Positions 1 through 8,156 of a DNA stretch of 23,846 nucleotides are shown here, piece by piece (positions within the stretch are counted from its first letter, which is position 1; every line of letters starts with the position of its first letter). Location of the stretch: contig SFIM01000033.1 of the NCBI GenBank assembly GCA_004556155.1, forward strand, positions 1-23,846, given 5' to 3'. This stretch comes from Clostridiales bacterium. GTDB lineage: Bacteria > Bacillota > Clostridia > Christensenellales > Aristaeellaceae. The notes below the pieces were generated by a model. The model was not told the origin of the DNA and ran no database searches. It worked only from the letters and a program-made list of their open reading frames with translations. The translations under genes were made by a program, and so were the position numbers.

Positions 1-77
1 TGGTCGAGGTGACAGGATTTGAACCTGCGACCTTTTGGTCCCGAACCAAACGCGCTACCAAACTGCGCTACACCTCG
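1..77 (-). tRNA. tRNA-Pro, anticodon CGG, 3' CCA encoded
   Basis: The reverse complement folds as a cloverleaf. Acceptor CGAGGTG/CACCTCG; D arm GCGC-AGTTTGGTA-GCGC; anticodon stem TTTGG/CCAAA with loop TTCGGGA (CGG); variable AGGTC; T arm GCAGG-TTCAAAT-CCTGT; discriminator A plus CCA. 77 nt. Confidence 0.9.
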
Positions 78-85
78 ATAAAAAA

Positions 86-161
86 TGGAGCCGATAAAGG
101 GACTCGAACCCTTGACCTGATGATTACGAATCAGCCGCTCTACCAACTGAGCTATATCGGC
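86..161 (-). tRNA. tRNA-Thr, anticodon CGT, 3' CCA encoded
   Basis: The reverse complement is GCCGATATAGCTCAGTTGGTAGAGC...TTCGTAA...AGGTCAAGGGTTCGAGTCCCTTTATCGGCTCCA. Acceptor GCCGATA/TATCGGC, anticodon loop TTCGTAA (CGT), T loop GGTTCGAGTCC. The 5' half is nearly identical to the enterobacterial tRNA-Thr(CGU) sequence as I recall it. Confidence 0.9.
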
Positions 162-201
162 ATCCAGGCTAATGAGGCATGCTGCTTCATCAGCATTAAT
201 T

Positions 202-230
202 AGTTTACCACAAGCAATGGGAAAAGTCAA
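202..230 (-). promoter_or_regulatory. sigma70/SigA-type promoter for the tRNA-Thr/tRNA-Pro pair
   Basis: The minus strand reads TTGACT (230..225), a 17-nt spacer, then TAAACT (207..202), about 40 nt upstream of the tRNA-Thr 5' end. Confidence 0.5.
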
Positions 231-408
231 TGCCAAATTGCCTATTTTAGGGGAATTGGAAATTACAAATTTAAATAAAAGAAGCATGAAAACTGGAAAA
301 AATGCCGCAGAACGGGAGGCGTGGTTGCACGTTGAATGAGGAAAGGTGCAATTGCCGGGCGAATGCGCTTGATTGACTGAGCTGCACTGCATTTTTTCTG
401 CATCCCCG

Positions 409-437
409 TTGCAAAAAATGGGAAAATCTTCTATAAT
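409..437 (+). promoter_or_regulatory. sigma70/SigA-type promoter for the ABC exporter operon
   Basis: TTGCAA (409..414), 17-nt spacer, TATAAT (432..437). It lies about 55 nt upstream of the ATG at 495. Confidence 0.55.
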
Positions 438-494
438 AAGCATGGACTTTTAGAGTTTTTATCCTGCATAATTCCATTTTGTAAGGGGAGCGTC

Positions 495-2234
495 ATGAAA
501 AAAGCCCGGCAAAAGCAGGCTCGGCAGGAGCTGACGCGCTGCTTTTTTCACAAGAATCACATGCTGTTTATCGCCGCGCTGGCGGTTGGTATTGCCATAA
601 ATTGCAGCAATTTGCTGTTTTCATATCTTATTCAGCGTATCACGGATGTGGCCATGGGCCATGATATCACGCCGCTTTGGCGGTTGCTGATGATCACCGC
701 CGTTGGCATTGCCGCTTTTTTTGCCCTGGAATGGCTGTGGAGTGTGGTTAAGCCGCGCTTTGTTACCCGCGCCGTGCGGCAGTATAAATCCCATGTGTTT
801 ACCCGGTTGATGCAGAAAAGCATTGCATCCTTCCAGCGGGAAGGCAGTGCCGAATACATTTCAGCCTTGACCAACGATATCGCCATGATTGAGCGCGATT
901 ACCTGCCCCAGCTCACCAGCATCGCTTCGCTGGCGGCGGTCTTTTTCGGCTCACTGGCCATGATGCTCTATTACAGCCCGCTCCTCACCGTTGCGGGCGT
1001 GGCGCTGTCGCTTTTGCCCATGGCGGTTTCCGTGGTGACGGGCAGCCGCCTGGCTGTACGCGAAGCCCAGGTTTCGCAGCGAAACGCCGGATTTGTGGGC
1101 ATGGTCAAGGATCTGCTCAGCGGTTTTTCGGTGCTCAAGAGTTTTCGCGCCGAAGGCGAGGCTCAGCGGCTCTTCAATCAGGAAAATGCCGCGCTGGAAG
1201 AAAGCAAGCGCGCGCGTGGCGCGACGGCGCAGCGCATCCATATGTTGGGCGAGGGCGCAAGCATCCTGGCGCAGATGGGCGTGTTCATCCTGGGCGCGTA
1301 CCTGGCTGTCACCGGGCAGGGCGTTACCCCCGGCGTTGTAATATTGTTTGTGCAGCTGATGAACTTTGTCCTTTCGCCCATGACCGAGCTGCCGCCGCTG
1401 CTGGCCAGCCGCAAGGCGGCGCTGGCGCTGATGGACAAGCTGGCCGATAATTTGAACGAAAATGTGCGCGATACGGGCAAAAACATTCCACCGTGCCTGA
1501 CGCAGGGCATCGATGTGCAAAAACTCACCTTCGCCTATCCGGACGGCGCGCCCGTGCTGCGGGATGTGAGTTTCCGCCTGGAGCACGGCAAAAGCTATGC
1601 CATCGTGGGCGCCTCGGGCAGCGGCAAGAGCACGCTGCTGAGCCTGCTGATGGGCGCTTCGCCCGATTATCAGGGGCAAATCCGCTATGATGGGCACGAG
1701 TTGCGCGGCATCAGCGCCGAATCGCTGTATGGCGTGATTTCACTGGTGCAGCAAAACACTTTCATCTTTAATGATACAATCTTGAACAATGTGACGATGT
1801 TCCGCCAGGCCGATCCCGCCCGGGTGGAGCGTGCGCTGCGGCTGTCGGGCCTGTCGGCGCTGATTGCTCAGCGCGGAGCGGATACCCCCTGTGGCGAAAA
1901 CGGCAGCGCCTTATCGGGCGGCGAGCGGCAGCGCGTCTCCATTGCCCGTGCGCTGATGCAGGATGCGCCCGTCATGCTGGCGGATGAGGCCACCGCCGCC
2001 CTGGATGCGCAGACTGCCCGCGCCGTGGCGGACGCCATTTTGGATATTGAAGGGCTGACGCGTGTGATCGTCACCCATCGCATGGATGCACGGCTGATGC
2101 GCCGCTATGATGAAATTCTGGTGCTGCATGGTGGCACCATCTGCGAGCATGGCACGTTTGATGATTTGATGGCTCGCCGCGGCATGCTGTACTCGCTCTA
2201 TACGGTATCGCAGGCGGACGAGAAACCCGCATAA
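495..2234 (+). CDS. ABC exporter, fused transmembrane plus ATP-binding half-transporter (MsbA/MdlB-like type I exporter)
   Basis: 579-aa ORF with RBS AAGGGGAG 5-6 nt upstream. The N-terminal roughly 300 aa contain multiple hydrophobic helices. The C-terminal NBD has Walker A GASGSGKST, ABC signature LSGGERQR, Walker B VMLADEATAALD and H-loop VTHR. Confidence 0.9.
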   Translation: MKKARQKQARQELTRCFFHKNHMLFIAALAVGIAINCSNLLFSYLIQRITDVAMGHDITPLWRLLMITAVGIAAFFALEWLWSVVKPRFVTRAVRQYKSHVFTRLMQKSIASFQREGSAEYISALTNDIAMIERDYLPQLTSIASLAAVFFGSLAMMLYYSPLLTVAGVALSLLPMAVSVVTGSRLAVREAQVSQRNAGFVGMVKDLLSGFSVLKSFRAEGEAQRLFNQENAALEESKRARGATAQRIHMLGEGASILAQMGVFILGAYLAVTGQGVTPGVVILFVQLMNFVLSPMTELPPLLASRKAALALMDKLADNLNENVRDTGKNIPPCLTQGIDVQKLTFAYPDGAPVLRDVSFRLEHGKSYAIVGASGSGKSTLLSLLMGASPDYQGQIRYDGHELRGISAESLYGVISLVQQNTFIFNDTILNNVTMFRQADPARVERALRLSGLSALIAQRGADTPCGENGSALSGGERQRVSIARALMQDAPVMLADEATAALDAQTARAVADAILDIEGLTRVIVTHRMDARLMRRYDEILVLHGGTICEHGTFDDLMARRGMLYSLYTVSQADEKPA

Positions 2235-2293
2235 CGCCGTGCCTCCAATGAGAAAATCTACCTTATATTATTGCAAACCCAGGAGGGCTTATT

Positions 2294-3478
2294 GTGCAGC
2301 CTACCAATCGTCTTTATTATGATCATGCTTATTTGACTGCGTTTGACGCGCGGGTGGTTGCCGTGCGGCCAGACGGCTGGGCGGCGCTGGATTGCTCGGC
2401 ATTTTATCCCACCTCGGGCGGGCAACCCTATGATACGGGCACGCTGCAATGGGGCGACGTTACCGCCCATGTAACCGATGTGGAGGTGCAGGACGGTATA
2501 GTATGGCACAAGCTGGACGCGCTTCCGCCGCAGGATATGCCGGTGCACGGCTGCATCGATTGGCCGCGCAGGCTGGATCATATGCAGCAGCACGCGGGCG
2601 ATCATATGATCGCCGGGGCGGCGTGGCAGCTGTACGGCGCAGTGACGATCGGCCTGCACCTGGGGCAGACGGAATCCACCATCGATATGGATTTGCCCGG
2701 CGGGCGCACGCGCCTGACGGCGGAGGAGATCGATACGCTGGAAGCCATGGTCAACGCCCGCGTACAGCAGGATGATCCCATCCTCTGCTGGTTCCCTGCG
2801 CCCGACGAGCTGGCGGCTCTGCCCCTGCGCAAGCGCCCCACCGTTTCCGAGCATGTGCGCGTGGTGGCCATGGGCGATTACGAGATGGTCGCCTGCGGCG
2901 GTACGCATCCGGCTACAACGGGGCAAATTGGGCCGGTCAAGATTCTGTCCACCGCGCCCGCCCGCGGCAAGCTGCGGCTGACCTTTGTGGCCGGCATGCG
3001 CGCGGTGCGCTATTTTCAGCGTGTCGCCCGCTGTGCCGAAGGGCTCAGCGCCGCCCTGTCCGCCACGCCCGATACCGCGCTGGACGCGCTGCATCATGAG
3101 CGCGAAACGGCTCAGGAAGCGCGCCGCGCGGCCCGGGAGCAATTGACCCTGGCCATGATGGAAACGCTGCTCCGGGACGCAATCTCCCTGCCCTGCGGCA
3201 CGCTGTATTGCGGGCACATTGCCTATGGCGAGCCCGAAACGCTGCTGCACGCCGCCGCTGCGCTGACGGCTCAGCCGGGAGCAATTGCGCTTTTGTCCTG
3301 CCCGCGCAAGGATGCGCGCATGCTGATCTTTGCCCGCAGTGCGAATGGCGCGCTCGATATGGCGCAGCTGCTGCGCGAAAGCGGCGCGCGGGGCGGCGGC
3401 AAGCCCGATATGGCGCAGGGCAGCGCCCCGGATGGTGCGGCGCTGGAAAGCGCAAAACGAATTCTGTTCAACAAATGA
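2294..3478 (+). CDS. alaX: AlaX-L type alanyl-tRNA editing protein (Ser/Gly-tRNA(Ala) deacylase; tRNA_SAD plus DHHA1-like C-terminus)
   Basis: GTG start 7 nt after AGGAGG (2281..2286). Zinc/editing motifs HMQQHAGDH (HxxxH) and ACGGTH (CxxxH). The C-terminal GGGKPDMAQG motif is typical of the AlaRS C-terminal domain. There is no aminoacylation domain. Confidence 0.85.
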   Translation: MQPTNRLYYDHAYLTAFDARVVAVRPDGWAALDCSAFYPTSGGQPYDTGTLQWGDVTAHVTDVEVQDGIVWHKLDALPPQDMPVHGCIDWPRRLDHMQQHAGDHMIAGAAWQLYGAVTIGLHLGQTESTIDMDLPGGRTRLTAEEIDTLEAMVNARVQQDDPILCWFPAPDELAALPLRKRPTVSEHVRVVAMGDYEMVACGGTHPATTGQIGPVKILSTAPARGKLRLTFVAGMRAVRYFQRVARCAEGLSAALSATPDTALDALHHERETAQEARRAAREQLTLAMMETLLRDAISLPCGTLYCGHIAYGEPETLLHAAAALTAQPGAIALLSCPRKDARMLIFARSANGALDMAQLLRESGARGGGKPDMAQGSAPDGAALESAKRILFNK

Positions 3479-3494
3479 AAGGAGCATTATTACC

Positions 3495-4772
3495 ATGGAA
3501 GTATCCGCTCGCCGCGCGTTTGCGCTGCTGAAAAGTCTGGCTTTTGAACGTCTCTCCGGTTCCGATGCGGAGAAATGCGCCGCCGAAACCCTGCTGGCCG
3601 AGGCTCAGGGCTGCGGCGTGGACGCGCACATTGAGGAATTTAGCGTGCCCTGCGGCCGCGTAGGCAGCGCGCGCCTGGTCGTCACCGCGCCCTATCAGAA
3701 GGAATACGCCGTTACGGGCTACGAGCGCTCGCTGTCCACGCCAGAGGGCGGCCTGGACGCGGATTTCTATTATGCTGAGGATCTGCTGCCCGCGCACCTG
3801 CTCCATGTAAAGGGCAAGATCGTTATGATCAACGGCCGCCTGCGCCGCGCGGATTATGAAAAGCTGCAAAAGGCTGGGGCTGCGGCCATCCTGACCTTCT
3901 CGGGCACCACGCTGGATCGTCCCAGCGAGACGGACTGCGATATCCGCAAGCTGCGCGAAACCATGACCGAGCCCTTTGGCTTTGCCGTTGCGCTGAACAT
4001 GCGTGCCGCCGATGCGGCGGAGATCGTGCGCCGGGGCGCCGCGCGCATGCATATTGAAATCGACAGCGAATGCGTGGAGGGTACCAGCCGCAACGTGTGC
4101 GCGGTAATCCCCGGCACGCAGTACCCTGATGAAATCATCTCCTTCGGCGCGCATTACGACAGCGTGCATTTTTCCACCGGCGTATACGACAACATGTCCG
4201 GCAGCGTGATCAACATGGAGCTGCTGCGCTACTTTGTCACCCATCGCCCGGCGCGCACGATGAAATTTAACTGGTTCGGCTCGGAGGAGCAGGGGCTGCT
4301 GGGCAGCAAGGCGTGGACGGCCGCGCACGCGGAGGAATTGAGCAAGCATGTGCTGATGATCAATGTGGATGTGGCCGCCGCGACACTGGGCCACAACATC
4401 GCGCCTGTGCTGGCTACGCAGGAGGCTGTGGGCTATGTGGATGCGCTAATGTGCGAGTTGGGCGTGCCCTGCAAGGTGAAGCTGGATATCTATTCCAGCG
4501 ACTGCGTGCCCTTTGCCGATCACGGCGTGCCGGCGATTAACCTGTGCCGCTTCGGCGCGTCCGGCGCGGATTACATCCATGATCGCCGCGACAACCTTAA
4601 AAGCGGCTATATCGATGAAAAAGCGCTGGATATCACCCTGCAGCAGGCGCTGTACCTGGCCAAGCGCGTAGCCAACGCGGCGGTGTTCCCCATCAAGCGC
4701 GAGATTGCCGATGAGATCCGCGACAAGGTGGATACCTACCTGTTCCGCAAGGAAAGCAAGGATAAAAAGTAA
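3495..4772 (+). CDS. M28-family zinc aminopeptidase (PA-domain containing), cytoplasmic
   Basis: The ORF is open from 3330, but the ATG at 3495 follows AAAGGAG (3478..3484) and sits just after the alaX stop. It carries HYDSV and SEEQGLLGS, metal-ligand motifs typical of M28 peptidases. No signal peptide. Confidence 0.85.
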   Translation: MEVSARRAFALLKSLAFERLSGSDAEKCAAETLLAEAQGCGVDAHIEEFSVPCGRVGSARLVVTAPYQKEYAVTGYERSLSTPEGGLDADFYYAEDLLPAHLLHVKGKIVMINGRLRRADYEKLQKAGAAAILTFSGTTLDRPSETDCDIRKLRETMTEPFGFAVALNMRAADAAEIVRRGAARMHIEIDSECVEGTSRNVCAVIPGTQYPDEIISFGAHYDSVHFSTGVYDNMSGSVINMELLRYFVTHRPARTMKFNWFGSEEQGLLGSKAWTAAHAEELSKHVLMINVDVAAATLGHNIAPVLATQEAVGYVDALMCELGVPCKVKLDIYSSDCVPFADHGVPAINLCRFGASGADYIHDRRDNLKSGYIDEKALDITLQQALYLAKRVANAAVFPIKREIADEIRDKVDTYLFRKESKDKK

Positions 4773-4792
4773 TTATAGCATCAATAAAAAAC

Positions 4793-4818
4793 GATCCCCT
4801 GCCTGTTGGCGGGGGATC
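4793..4818. terminator. bidirectional rho-independent terminator between convergent genes
   Basis: Stem GATCCCC (4793..4799) pairs with GGGGATC (4812..4818). On the minus strand it is followed by GTTTTTTATT. On the plus strand it is preceded by an A-run and followed by ATTGACTTTT. Confidence 0.7.
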
Positions 4819-4834
4819 ATTGACTTTTATCGAT

Positions 4835-5224
4835 TTACTTGAGCTCATTTCCGCACTTGGGGCAGAAGCGATAGTCCTCCTGCAGCGCTTCGCCGCAATA
4901 GGGGCAATAGCGTGCGGCAGGCTCCTGCTTTTCAGGCATATAGCCTGCGCCGTTCTTGCCGAAGTACTGGTTCAGCTCGTCCGGCTCCTCCTGCTCATCG
5001 GTGATATCAAAGGCGGAAAAGCGGTTTTTGCGCGTGGCATTGGAAAACTGATAGATTGCCCCGGCGACGGCCATCAGCACGAAGATTGCGCCAAAGGCAA
5101 CAAACAGCCCCGGCGCGCCGATACCGCCGGCCATGATCATCCAGAATATGCCGAACACGGCCGCCGCCACATAGCCGACGCCGTTCATGAAGGAGGGCCC
5201 GCGACCGGGCTTTACGCTTTTCAT
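4835..5224 (-). CDS. small membrane protein with C-terminal zinc-ribbon (2 predicted TM helices, acidic linker, CxxC-x12-CxxC)
   Basis: 129-aa ORF with RBS GAGAGGTG upstream. Hydrophobic segments are GYVAAAVFGIFWMIMAGGIG and LFVAFGAIFVLMAVAGAIY. The C-terminus reads YCPYCGEALQEDYRFCPKCGNELK. Confidence 0.75.
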   Translation of the reverse strand: MKSVKPGRGPSFMNGVGYVAAAVFGIFWMIMAGGIGAPGLFVAFGAIFVLMAVAGAIYQFSNATRKNRFSAFDITDEQEEPDELNQYFGKNGAGYMPEKQEPAARYCPYCGEALQEDYRFCPKCGNELK

Positions 5225-5365
5225 TGCCTGTCACCTCTCTGTGTGCAAGATGCGCCGCCGCGCTCTCTACTTATATAGACGATACAGCCGCGGCATTTGT
5301 TGCAGGGATTTACAGATTTTGAGAAATTTTGGCAGATAAGGGAATACGGGGGAACGGGGGGATAC

Positions 5366-5394
5366 GGTACTTTCTTGGCGCCCAAGAAAGTACC
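5366..5394. repeat. perfect 13-bp inverted repeat (hairpin/operator candidate)
   Basis: GGTACTTTCTTGG-CGC-CCAAGAAAGTACC read directly from the sequence. There is no adjacent T-run on either strand. Confidence 0.9.
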
Positions 5395-5644
5395 AAAGAA
5401 GGCTGCATGTGACGTGAAAGTCAATTGGATGAAAACAGGGAGTGGCCCAGGCCACCCCGTGGCAGATGAAAGCCTGAACCGCCCGGATGAAAGCAAGCTT
5501 TCCTCCGTTCGCTTCCTGCTTTCCCCCCTGGTCTGGCTTCGCCAGCCCTGCGCTGATCTGCGATCAGCGTGCCATGGGGCGATGGTTGGGTGTGAAAATC
5601 AGGCGCACTGATGAACGTTTGGCAGTAGCTGGCGCGCGCCTTGT

Positions 5645-7045
5645 TTACTCCTCGGCCTGCTGCGCCTGCGCGCCCTGCTTGCCAGCCGCATAGGCGGACA
5701 GCAGCGCCGTCAGGTCAATGCCCGTGGCTTCCTTGAGGCCCTCGATGATCTGGCCGGAGCTGTTCATCACGTCACGCACCATGCGGGTGGGGTTGCCGTC
5801 GCCGTACATGACGATCTTGTCCGTCTGGGCCAGGGGCAGGGCGGCGTTTTTGACCACCTCGGGCAGGGCGGCCAGGTACATTTCCAGGATGGAGGCTTCG
5901 CCCATCTTGCACTGGGCTTCGGCCTTGCGCTCGATAGCTTCGGCCTCGGCCAGGCCGCGGGCGCGGATACCTTCGGCCTCCTGCTCCATGGCGTAGCGCT
6001 GCGCCTCGGCTTCAGCACGGCGCGCCTGCGCCTGCTGCTCGGCCTCGTATTTCTGCGCGTCGGCCTCGCGCTGACGGCGGGCCAGCTCGGCCTCGGCTTC
6101 ACGCTCAGCCTGATACTTTTTCGCGTCGGCAGCCTTGCGCACCTCGGCGTCCAGCTTGCGCTCCTGAATGGCGATTTCCTTTTCGGCCAGCTCGGCTTCC
6201 TTTTCACGGCGGGCGATGTCCGCATCCGCGCGGGTGATTTCAATGGTCTTGCGCTGGCTTTCCTGCTGAATGGAATAGGCCGCGTCGGCTTCGGCGCGCT
6301 TGGTATCGGCGCGCACCTGCATTTCGGCCTGCTGCACGGTCAGCTCGGCGTTCTGGGCGGCGATCTTCTTTTCGCTGTCCACCTTGACGGCATTGGCTTC
6401 CTGCTGGGCCACGGAGGAGGCGATGGCAATGTCGCGCTGGGCGTTGGCCTTGGCAATCTGCGCGTTCTTGCGGATCTGCTCCACGTTGTCGATACCCATG
6501 TTTTCGATGGTGCCGGCGTTGTCGCGGAAGTTCTGGATATTGAAGTTTACCACCTCAATGCCCAGCTTCTGCATATCGGGCACCACGTTTTCGGTGATCT
6601 TCTTGGCCACGCCCTGGCGGTCCTGCACCATTTCCTTCAGGCCCACGCTGCCCACGATTTCACGCATGTTGCCCTCCAGCACCTGCGTTACCATGGCGAT
6701 CAGCTGGGGCTGTTTCATGCCCAGCAGCGATTCAGCCGCGCGGGTAAGCAGCGCTGGGTCGGAGGAGATTTTCACGTTGGCCACGCCGTCCACCATCACG
6801 TTGATGAACTCGTTGGTGGGCACGGCCTCGCTGGTCTTTACGTCCACGGTCATTACCTGTAGCGACAGCTTATCCACGCGCTCCAGGAAGGGGATTCTCC
6901 AGCCGGCTTTACCGATCAGAATGCGCTTTTTGCCAAGGCCGGAGATAATAAAGGCTGTGTCCGGCGGGGCTTTGAGATAGCCCGCGGCGAACAGGATGAC
7001 GCCCAGCGCCAGGGCGGCTAAGAGGATGATGATGCCGGTTTCCAT
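5645..7045 (-). CDS. flotillin-like SPFH/band-7 protein (FloT/YuaG-like)
   Basis: 466-aa ORF with RBS AAAGGAG 9 nt upstream. It has an N-terminal hydrophobic anchor (IIILLAALALGVILFAAGYL) and an SPFH core. A long Ala/Glu/Gln/Arg-rich coiled-coil region follows (AEREAEAELARRQREADAQKYEAEQQAQARRAEAEAQ). Confidence 0.9.
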   Translation of the reverse strand: METGIIILLAALALGVILFAAGYLKAPPDTAFIISGLGKKRILIGKAGWRIPFLERVDKLSLQVMTVDVKTSEAVPTNEFINVMVDGVANVKISSDPALLTRAAESLLGMKQPQLIAMVTQVLEGNMREIVGSVGLKEMVQDRQGVAKKITENVVPDMQKLGIEVVNFNIQNFRDNAGTIENMGIDNVEQIRKNAQIAKANAQRDIAIASSVAQQEANAVKVDSEKKIAAQNAELTVQQAEMQVRADTKRAEADAAYSIQQESQRKTIEITRADADIARREKEAELAEKEIAIQERKLDAEVRKAADAKKYQAEREAEAELARRQREADAQKYEAEQQAQARRAEAEAQRYAMEQEAEGIRARGLAEAEAIERKAEAQCKMGEASILEMYLAALPEVVKNAALPLAQTDKIVMYGDGNPTRMVRDVMNSSGQIIEGLKEATGIDLTALLSAYAAGKQGAQAQQAEE

Positions 7046-7100
7046 TTTGTCTTGCTCCTTTTCATTGGTTGGCGGGGGAGGGATTGTTCTTTACGCGCTT

Positions 7101-7129
7101 ATCATATCAAAAGGGCGCGCGGCGGGCAA
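7101..7129 (-). promoter_or_regulatory. candidate extended -10 promoter for the flotillin gene
   Basis: The minus strand reads TTGCCC (7129..7124), a 17-nt spacer ending in TGA, then TATGAT (7106..7101). That gives a TGnTATGAT extended -10. Confidence 0.5.
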
Positions 7130-7208
7130 GGGTAAGCGAATCAATTGTCGTTCCCGGCGCGCCGGATGTACGTTTTGGCGCGCGATTGCCGCGCCGGCCG
7201 ATCTTCCT

Positions 7209-7237
7209 TTGACAAGATACGAGCAATCGGGTATGAT
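7209..7237 (+). promoter_or_regulatory. near-consensus sigma70/SigA promoter, divergent from the flotillin promoter
   Basis: TTGACA (7209..7214), 17-nt spacer, TATGAT (7232..7237). This is the same -35/-10 pair as the tRNA-Ser promoter at 9796. Confidence 0.55.
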
Positions 7238-7443
7238 ATAGAAGCAAGGCAATCATCATTTTATCGTTTACGGTTTATGGAGGCAGCATAGTGTAAACTA
7301 CTGGCCTAAAACGGGTCTTCTGTATGGCGTTCCTGACTTTGGCCAAATGAAATCAGTGATGGATTTTTTGAGGTCCGGATGGCAGTTCTTTAGGAATAAC
7401 ACTCTTTTCAAATAATGATATAGCAAAAATAGGGGGATAAATA

Positions 7444-7956
7444 ATGTTTAGGAATAAGATTCTTGTGGCAACTCTCATTCTTGTTATTGCTATAATTCTC
7501 TGCATCTGTTTTCTGAAAAAAGAAAATGAGATAAAGTTTGTGAAAATTGGATCCTTCGATTGGTTGAAACCTATCTCTTCAGATAATCCCCCATTTGGAA
7601 CATTGTGGTGGAGTATAACCCAGGCACCAGAATCCTACATTTCGCTTGCATCTTTTTCTGACTTGTATAAGCGAGCGACTGGTTTGAATATCACGGACAC
7701 ATATGAGTTCGATTTTGATAACTACACATATATCGTGGTAGCTGGTTATGAGTTACAGAACATCTCATACAACAGATGGGATATCTGGGGTCGTTTCACA
7801 GCAAAATATCCATGGTATCATGGGAAAGTAGTTCTTTTGCCAGAAGAGAATAAAAGGGCGATCAATATATATAGAATAGAGAGAATCCTTATCACATCAG
7901 ATGAGCATTCGCGAGGATCTATTATGGATGATAGAAGAATTGTTATTCTGGATTAA
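7444..7956 (+). CDS. hypothetical protein, N-terminal membrane anchor or signal, AT-rich orphan
   Basis: 170-aa ORF with RBS GGGGGA 7 nt upstream. The N-terminus is MFRNKILVATLILVIAIILCICFL. I recognise no motif. The gene is strongly AT-rich relative to its flanks (18 G+C in nt 7441-7500). Confidence 0.65.
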   Translation: MFRNKILVATLILVIAIILCICFLKKENEIKFVKIGSFDWLKPISSDNPPFGTLWWSITQAPESYISLASFSDLYKRATGLNITDTYEFDFDNYTYIVVAGYELQNISYNRWDIWGRFTAKYPWYHGKVVLLPEENKRAINIYRIERILITSDEHSRGSIMDDRRIVILD

Positions 7957-7966
7957 CTTAATTTTT

Positions 7967-7998
7967 GCGGAGCTTCGAAAAGAATCTCCGCCTTTTCT
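7967..7998 (+). terminator. rho-independent terminator after the orphan gene
   Basis: GCGGAG (7967..7972) pairs with CTCCGC (7986..7991) and is followed by CTTTTCT. Confidence 0.65.
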
Positions 7999-8156
7999 AT
8001 GCCCATAGCAAGAAAGGACGTGGTAATATGCTCACCCGCATTTTCGGCGCCGTCACTGGCGGTCGTCTTAATCTTCGCGCGGCTGCGAGTTCTTCCGCAG
8101 CTATAATTGCAAGCATTCCGAATGAAACCCTACTTATCCTTAGCGAGCACAACGAT

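Noticed and set aside
9-203. 64-aa ORF in the track
   Set aside because: It lies entirely across two well-folded tRNA genes (tRNA-Pro and tRNA-Thr) on the opposite strand, so it is a by-product of that sequence.
3330-3494. Upstream extension of the M28 peptidase ORF
   Set aside because: It overlaps the alaX 3' end in another frame and translates to Arg/Ala-rich sequence. ATG 3495 has a proper AAAGGAG RBS.
5221-5611. ORFs 5221..5496-, 5267..5455- and 5297..5611+ in the flotillin/Zn-ribbon spacer
   Set aside because: They have no RBS, overlap one another, and give low-complexity, non-family-like translations. The region is better described as non-coding and structured.
4835-7045. Flotillin plus Zn-ribbon pair as a phage-defence system
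   Set aside because: The window has no nuclease, NTPase, sensor or other effector-type domain, no neighbouring defence genes and no mobile-element context. Nothing in the sequence supports a defence role beyond speculation.
7347-7415. 22-codon sORF (MKSVMDFLRSGWQFFRNNTLFK) in the leader of the first orphan gene
   Set aside because: It has no SD upstream and no recognisable features. It is likely fortuitous in AT-rich sequence.
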